From Comamonadaceae bacterium (GTDB taxonomy: Bacteria > Pseudomonadota > Gammaproteobacteria > Burkholderiales > Burkholderiaceae_C), in the NCBI GenBank assembly GCA_035063785.1, contig JAPSFS010000008.1:76212-140211 (forward strand): a stretch of DNA of 64,000 bases, given 5' to 3'. Positions within the stretch are counted from its first letter, which is position 1. Every line of letters starts with the position of its first letter. This document shows, one piece after another, positions 59,100 to 64,000 of the stretch. Position numbers and translations under genes: made by a program. A model generated the notes under the pieces. That model saw nothing but the letters and a program-made list of their open reading frames with translations. It had not been told where the DNA came from and searched no databases.

Positions 59100-60705
59100 A
59101 CATGCGGAACACGCCAAACTTCGTCTCTGCTATCGGCGCGTTGCGCGCGGCCGAGAGCCCCAGCGCCAGCACGCGGCGCGTGTCGGCGGGGTCGATCACG
59201 CCGTCGTCCCACAGGCGCGCGCTGGCGTAGTAGGGGTGGCCCTGGGCCTCGTATTGCGCGCGGATCGGCGCCTTGAAGGCTTCTTCTTCCTCGGCGCTCC
59301 AGGTGCCGCCCTTGTGCTCGATGCCGTCGCGCTTGACGGTGGCCAGCACGCTCGCGGCCTGCTCGCCACCCATCACACTGATGCGCGCATTCGGCCACAT
59401 CCAAAGGAAGCGCGGCGAGTACGCACGGCCGCACATGCCGTAGTTGCCCGCGCCGAAGCTGCCGCCGATGATGATAGTGAACTTGGGCACGCTGGCCGTG
59501 GCCACGGCCGTGACGAGCTTGGCGCCGTGGCGCGCGATGCCCTCGTTCTCGTACTTGCGGCCCACCATGAAGCCGGTGATGTTCTGCAGGAAGACGAGCG
59601 GCACCTTGCGCTGGCAGCACAGCTCGATGAAGTGCGCGCCCTTTTGCGCACTCTCGCTGAACAGGATGCCGTTGTTGGCGATGATGCCCACGGCCATGCC
59701 CTCGATGCGCGCGAAGCCGCAGACCAGCGTGCTGCCAAAGCGCGCCTTGAACTCGTCGAAGGCGCTGGCATCGACGATGCGCGCGATGATCTCGCGCACG
59801 TCGAACGGCTTGCGCGTGTCGCTGGGAATCACGCCGTAGAGCTCTTGTGCTGCGTATTTGGGAGCTGCCGGCGCTTGGTCCGCAAGCGCTGGAGCCTTGT
59901 TTTGGTTCAAATTCGCGACGATCTGCCGCGCCAGCGCCAGCGCGTGCGTGTCGTTCTGCGCCAGATGGTCGGCCACGCCCGACAGGCGCGTGTGCACGTC
60001 GCCGCCGCCCAGGTCTTCGCTGCTGACCACCTCGCCGGTGGCCGCCTTCACCAGCGGCGGGCCACCAAGAAAAATCGTGCCCTGGTTCTTCACGATGATG
60101 GATTCATCGCTCATCGCCGGCACGTACGCGCCGCCCGCGGTGCACGAGCCCATCACCACCGCGATCTGCGCGATGCCCTGCGCGCTCATGTTCGCCTGGT
60201 TGTAGAAGATGCGGCCGAAGTGCTCCCGATCGGGGAACACCTCGTCCTGGTTGGGCAGGTTGGCGCCGCCCGAATCGACGAGGTAGATGCACGGCAGGCG
60301 GTTCTGCTGCGCGATCTCCTGCGCCCGCAGGTGCTTTTTCACCGTCACGGGGTAGTAGGTGCCGCCCTTCACCGTGGCGTCGTTGCACACGATCATGCAA
60401 TCGACGCCGCTGACGCGCCCTATGCCCGCAATCAGCCCGGCGCAGGGCGCGGCGTTGTCGTACATGTTCAGCGCCGCCAGCGGCGCGATCTCCAGGAATG
60501 GCGTGCCGGGGTCAAGCAGCGTCCGCACCCGCTCGCGCGGCAGCAGCTTGCCGCGCGATACGTGCCGCGCGCGCGAGGCCTCGCTGCCGCCCAGTGCGGT
60601 GCGCGCGAGTTGCGCGCGCAGATCGTCCACCACCGCCTGCATGGCCGCCGCGTTGGCCAGAAAATCCGCTGAGCGCGGATTGAGTCGCGTTGCAAGAATG
60701 CTCAT
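59098..60705 (-). CDS. liuB: 3-methylcrotonyl-CoA carboxylase beta (carboxyltransferase)
   Basis: 535 aa: [42 protein letters not shown]. Confidence 0.94.
   Translation of the reverse strand: MSILATRLNPRSADFLANAAAMQAVVDDLRAQLARTALGGSEASRARHVSRGKLLPRERVRTLLDPGTPFLEIAPLAALNMYDNAAPCAGLIAGIGRVSGVDCMIVCNDATVKGGTYYPVTVKKHLRAQEIAQQNRLPCIYLVDSGGANLPNQDEVFPDREHFGRIFYNQANMSAQGIAQIAVVMGSCTAGGAYVPAMSDESIIVKNQGTIFLGGPPLVKAATGEVVSSEDLGGGDVHTRLSGVADHLAQNDTHALALARQIVANLNQNKAPALADQAPAAPKYAAQELYGVIPSDTRKPFDVREIIARIVDASAFDEFKARFGSTLVCGFARIEGMAVGIIANNGILFSESAQKGAHFIELCCQRKVPLVFLQNITGFMVGRKYENEGIARHGAKLVTAVATASVPKFTIIIGGSFGAGNYGMCGRAYSPRFLWMWPNARISVMGGEQAASVLATVKRDGIEHKGGTWSAEEEEAFKAPIRAQYEAQGHPYYASARLWDDGVIDPADTRRVLALGLSAARNAPIAETKFGVFRM
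59853..59914 (+). repeat. Palindromic repeat family, copy G (in frame inside liuB)
   Basis: GGGAGCTGCCGGCGCTTGgtccgCAAGCGCTGGAGCCTTGTTTTGGTTCAAATTC matches copy B at about 41 of 56 aligned positions, with mismatches mainly in the loop. The gene reads it as [20 protein letters not shown]. Confidence 0.8.
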
Positions 60706-60791
60706 CGCTTACCTCTCGAAAGCTCCACCCTACCGATATTGACCGTGCCCCGGCGCATTCGCACACGGACCCCAAGTGTAGAAAATACGCC

Positions 60792-62519
60792 ATGCACACC
60801 GTCGAAACCGTCCTGCTCGTCCTGATGCTCGGTGCCGTCACCGGCATCGCCGCGCGCTACATGCGGGCCATACCGCTGCCCCTGATCCAGATCGCGCTGG
60901 GCGCCGCCATCGCGTGGCCGCAAAAGGGCTTGCACATCAGCTTCGACCCCGAACTGTTTTTGCTGCTGTTCATTCCGCCGCTGCTGTTTGCCGACGGCTG
61001 GCGCATCCCCAAGCGCGAATTCTTCGCGCTGGCCCGGCCCATTCTGCTGCTCGCGTTCGGGCTGGTGTTCTTCACGGTGCTGGGCCTGGGCTACTTCATC
61101 CACTGGATGATTCCCTCGATACCACTGACCGTGGCCTTCGCCCTGGCCGCCGTGGTGTCGCCCACCGACGCGGTGGCCGTCTCGGCCATCACCCGCAACC
61201 TGGGCATGCCGCACAAGACCATGCACATGCTCGAAGGCGAGTCGCTGCTCAACGACGCGTCGGGCCTCGTGGCGGTGAAGTTCGCGGTGGCCGCAACCCT
61301 GACCGGCGTGTTCTCGTGGGGCGACGTGGCCAAGGACTTCACCTGGATGGCCGTTGGTGGCCTGGCCGTCGGTGCGCTGCTGGGCTGGGGCTTCAGCCGC
61401 GCCCGCGACACGGTCACACGTCGCGTGGGCGACGTGGCGGCGACGCAGATGGTGTTGCTGCTCATCCTGCTGCCGTTCGCCGCGTACATCGTGGGCGAAA
61501 AAATCGGCGTCTCGGGCATCCTCGCGGCCGTGGCCGCCGGCATCGCCACCAACTTCGCCGACCTTGATCGCAGCAACTTCATCTCGGAGCGACTGCAGAC
61601 CGAAGGCACCTGGAGCATGGTGGAAGCTGCGTTCAACGGCGCCATCTTCCTGATGCTGGGCCTGCAACTGCCCTCGATCATCGGCGTGACGCTGCTCGAC
61701 GCGGGCCACGGCGGCTGGAAGCTGGTCGGCTACGTGGCGGTCATCTCGTTCGCCCTGCTGCTGATGCGCTGGGGCTGGATCACGCTGGGCGTGCACCGGG
61801 CGTTGCGCAGCGCGCACCGCCAGGGCCGGATGACCGAAAAGCCCTCCGCGCTGCTGAACCTCGCGACCACCATGGCGGGCATCCGCGGCGCGGTGACGCT
61901 GGCCGCGGCACTGTCCATCCCCGTACATCTGCCCTCGGGCGCGCCGTTTCCCGAACGCAACCTGCTCATCTTTCTGGCCACGGGGGTGATCCTGTTCACG
62001 GTGATTCTGGGCGCGGTCACGCTGCCCTTCATCCTGCGCCGCATGCCCGCGCACGAAGACACCGAGGCCCAGCACGAAGAGCGGTTGGCCCGCGCCGCCG
62101 CGTGCCGTGCCGCGATCGCCAGCCTGACGCTCACCGACCAGGAAGCTTCGCACCATGATGAACAATGGATCGCGCAACATCAGGAAGTGGTGGGGCGCAT
62201 CACGCAGGAGTACCGCAACCGTCTCCACCTGCTGGACGACACGGGCATCGCCAATTCCACCGAGGCCCAGCGCGACACGCCCGAGCTGGTGCAGGACCGC
62301 CGCCTGCGCTACCTGCGCGAGATGGAACTGCGCCTGCGCTGCACCCAGGTGGAACGCGACACGCTCTACGCCGAGCGCCAGGCGCACCGCATCAACGACG
62401 AGGCGTTGCGCGCCATGGTCAGTGAACTCGACATGTCGGAAGTGGCGCTGCGCAAGCGTCTGGACGTGGCCCGCCGTGCGGCCGAACAGGCGGTGGCCGC
62501 CCCGGCGCCCGGCGTCTGA
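60792..62519 (+). CDS. Na+/H+ antiporter (CPA1 family) with cytoplasmic C-terminal domain
   Basis: The N-terminal transporter domain contains FLLLFIPPLLFADG, SPTDAVAV and ESLLNDASGLV. The ATG is at 60792. Confidence 0.88.
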   Translation: MHTVETVLLVLMLGAVTGIAARYMRAIPLPLIQIALGAAIAWPQKGLHISFDPELFLLLFIPPLLFADGWRIPKREFFALARPILLLAFGLVFFTVLGLGYFIHWMIPSIPLTVAFALAAVVSPTDAVAVSAITRNLGMPHKTMHMLEGESLLNDASGLVAVKFAVAATLTGVFSWGDVAKDFTWMAVGGLAVGALLGWGFSRARDTVTRRVGDVAATQMVLLLILLPFAAYIVGEKIGVSGILAAVAAGIATNFADLDRSNFISERLQTEGTWSMVEAAFNGAIFLMLGLQLPSIIGVTLLDAGHGGWKLVGYVAVISFALLLMRWGWITLGVHRALRSAHRQGRMTEKPSALLNLATTMAGIRGAVTLAAALSIPVHLPSGAPFPERNLLIFLATGVILFTVILGAVTLPFILRRMPAHEDTEAQHEERLARAAACRAAIASLTLTDQEASHHDEQWIAQHQEVVGRITQEYRNRLHLLDDTGIANSTEAQRDTPELVQDRRLRYLREMELRLRCTQVERDTLYAERQAHRINDEALRAMVSELDMSEVALRKRLDVARRAAEQAVAAPAPGV

Positions 62520-62539
62520 GGAGCCGCACCGACCGCCCG

Positions 62540-62650
62540 GTGAAACGGATGGCGATGGCCGCGGGTTTCGGCAACGACAAGAGTTTCGCCCGCGCGTTTC
62601 GCGCATGGACGGGCTGCTCACCCACGCAGTTTCGCGCGGCGCGCCAGACC
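62540..62650 (+). pseudogene. Remnant of an AraC-family regulator (last ~35 codons only)
   Basis: MAMAAGFGNDKSFARAFRAWTGCSPTQFRAARQ matches the second HTH and C-terminus of AraC/XylS proteins. No upstream remainder exists, because the antiporter gene occupies that DNA. Confidence 0.4.
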
Positions 62651-62668
62651 CGCCAGGGCGCGATGCCC

Positions 62669-63103
62669 TTACCGCGGCGCCTGCACCACCGCCTCGGGCT
62701 GCGCCGCGAAGCCGATGCGCGCCAGGCCCGCCGCCTGCGCCACGCCGATCACCTGCACCACGCGGCCGTAAGGCACGGCGGCATCGGCGCGCACCTGCAA
62801 TTCCGCGTCGGGCGCAAGCGCGCCCAGCGCGGCCAGCCGCTGCGCGAGCTGGTCTGACGCGAGCGGTTCGCCGTTCACGAACATCTCGCCAGCCTTGTCC
62901 AGCACCACGGTGATCGCCGACGCCGCCGGGCCCGGCTGCGCGGATGCGGCTTTCGGCAACTCCAGCCGCACGCTGCTCGCCAGCAGCGGCGCGGCAAGGA
63001 TGAAGATGACCACGAGCACGAGCATCACGTCCACGAGCGGCGTCACGTTGATCTCGCTCATCGGACGGGCCGACGGCGCCTGCGACATGCGCCCGAACGC
63101 CAC
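62669..63103 (-). CDS. exbD: Biopolymer transport protein ExbD/TolR
   Basis: EINVTPLVDVMLVLVVIFIL is the ExbD signature. Confidence 0.88.
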   Translation of the reverse strand: MAFGRMSQAPSARPMSEINVTPLVDVMLVLVVIFILAAPLLASSVRLELPKAASAQPGPAASAITVVLDKAGEMFVNGEPLASDQLAQRLAALGALAPDAELQVRADAAVPYGRVVQVIGVAQAAGLARIGFAAQPEAVVQAPR

Positions 63104-63109
63104 CGCGCG

Positions 63110-63772
63110 TCACTCCTGCGCCGGTGCACCGGGCACCAGCGCTCGCAGGTCGTGCGCAAGGCCTTCCAGATCGGCTTCGACATCGGCCACCGAGCGACCG
63201 AACCCGTTGTAGGCCAGCACCGCGGGGATCGCGGCGGCCAGCCCCGCGGCCGTCATCACGAGCGCCTCACCCACCGGACCGGCGAGCCGCTCAACGCTGA
63301 TCTGCCCCTGGCCCGCAAGCTGCGTCAATGCGTGCTGTATGCCCCAGACCGTGCCAAGCAAGCCGACGAACGGCGCGGTGGCGCCCACCGTGGCGAGCAC
63401 CACCTGGCCGTACCGCAGCCGCGCGAGCGACGCGTGCAGCGCCTGGCGCAGCAGGCGCGTTGCGCGCGGCGCGCCACCGCCCTGGTGGCCCAGGCCGCCC
63501 TCCGCGCCGCGCTCACCCGCCTGCCGCGCGGCCTGCACCAGCGGCAACACCAGCCGGTAGCGGTCCAGGGTGCCGATCTGCACCGACGCCACCTCCAGCG
63601 CCGGCGCGCGCCAAAGCGCCTCGGCGCAGCGCGCCACGTCAATGCGCGCGCACGCGACGAGGCGCCACTTCCAGAAGATGATCACCCAGCTCGCCACCGA
63701 CATAGCGAGCAACACCGCCGCGCAGGCCTGGATGACGAGATCGGCCTCGCGCAGCCACTGCAGGGCGTTCAT
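63110..63772 (-). CDS. exbB: MotA/TolQ/ExbB proton channel protein
   Basis: ATVGATAPFVGLLGTVWGI...ALVMTAAGLAAAIPAVLAYN. The ATG is the complement of 63770-63772. Confidence 0.88.
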   Translation of the reverse strand: MNALQWLREADLVIQACAAVLLAMSVASWVIIFWKWRLVACARIDVARCAEALWRAPALEVASVQIGTLDRYRLVLPLVQAARQAGERGAEGGLGHQGGGAPRATRLLRQALHASLARLRYGQVVLATVGATAPFVGLLGTVWGIQHALTQLAGQGQISVERLAGPVGEALVMTAAGLAAAIPAVLAYNGFGRSVADVEADLEGLAHDLRALVPGAPAQE

Positions 63773-63782
63773 GCACGGGGTC

Positions 63783-64000
<218 letters not shown>

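Noticed and set aside
62651-62857. Remainder of the 105-aa ORF following the AraC-like fragment
   Set aside because: It runs antisense through the 3' part of exbD and has no AraC-like or other motif. It is only an open frame in GC-rich DNA.

Overview
High-GC (about 65-70% by eye) chromosomal segment, probably from a betaproteobacterium (Burkholderiales/Comamonadaceae-like; this is inference). It is almost fully coding.

Gene content in order:
- 1-8400: O-antigen/polysaccharide locus. A low-GC serotype module (CapE/FnlA-like dehydratase, GT4 glycosyltransferase, Wzy-like, Wzx-like) is joined to high-GC rfbC-rfbA-wzz-rfbD-rfbB.
- 8450-15100: housekeeping genes coaX, BON/LysM kbp-like, DUF45 peptidase, plsC, gmhB, glyS, glyQ.
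- 15295-20289: branched-chain keto-acid dehydrogenase operon (bkdA1-bkdA2-bkdB-lpdV).
- 20544-21559: yqjD/E/K-like trio.
- 21565-22315: UPF0016/GDT1 transporter preceded by a yybP-ykoY (Mn2+) riboswitch-like leader.
- 23034-41399: aerobic benzoyl-CoA (box) supercluster. It holds a 5-gene ABC importer, a hydrolase, benzoate-CoA ligase, boxD, DUF4863, boxR, boxCBA and beta-oxidation genes.
- 42341-45107: TPR protein and a vWA protein with a PEP-CTERM-like tail.
- 45277-51063: a 1929-aa tandem UvrA-UvrA fusion.
- 53835-60705: leucine catabolic liu operon, interrupted by a vapBC toxin-antitoxin pair and a DUF4126 gene.
- 60792-64000: Na+/H+ antiporter, exbBD, and the dapB 3' end.

Most interesting signal: nine copies of one ~55-65 nt palindromic repeat (core GCGCTTG-N5-CAAGCGC with lower-GC arms).
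- Four copies lie between genes, two of them inside operons.
- Five copies lie in frame inside conserved genes, always read in the same Ala-Leu...Gln-Ala frame: the BkdB linker, GlyS, MccB, and twice in the UvrA fusion.
- One of the UvrA copies forms the junction between the two UvrA units.

No rRNA, tRNA, CRISPR array, transposase or integrase was recognised. All calls rest on reading the sequence and ORF translations. No database searches were run.
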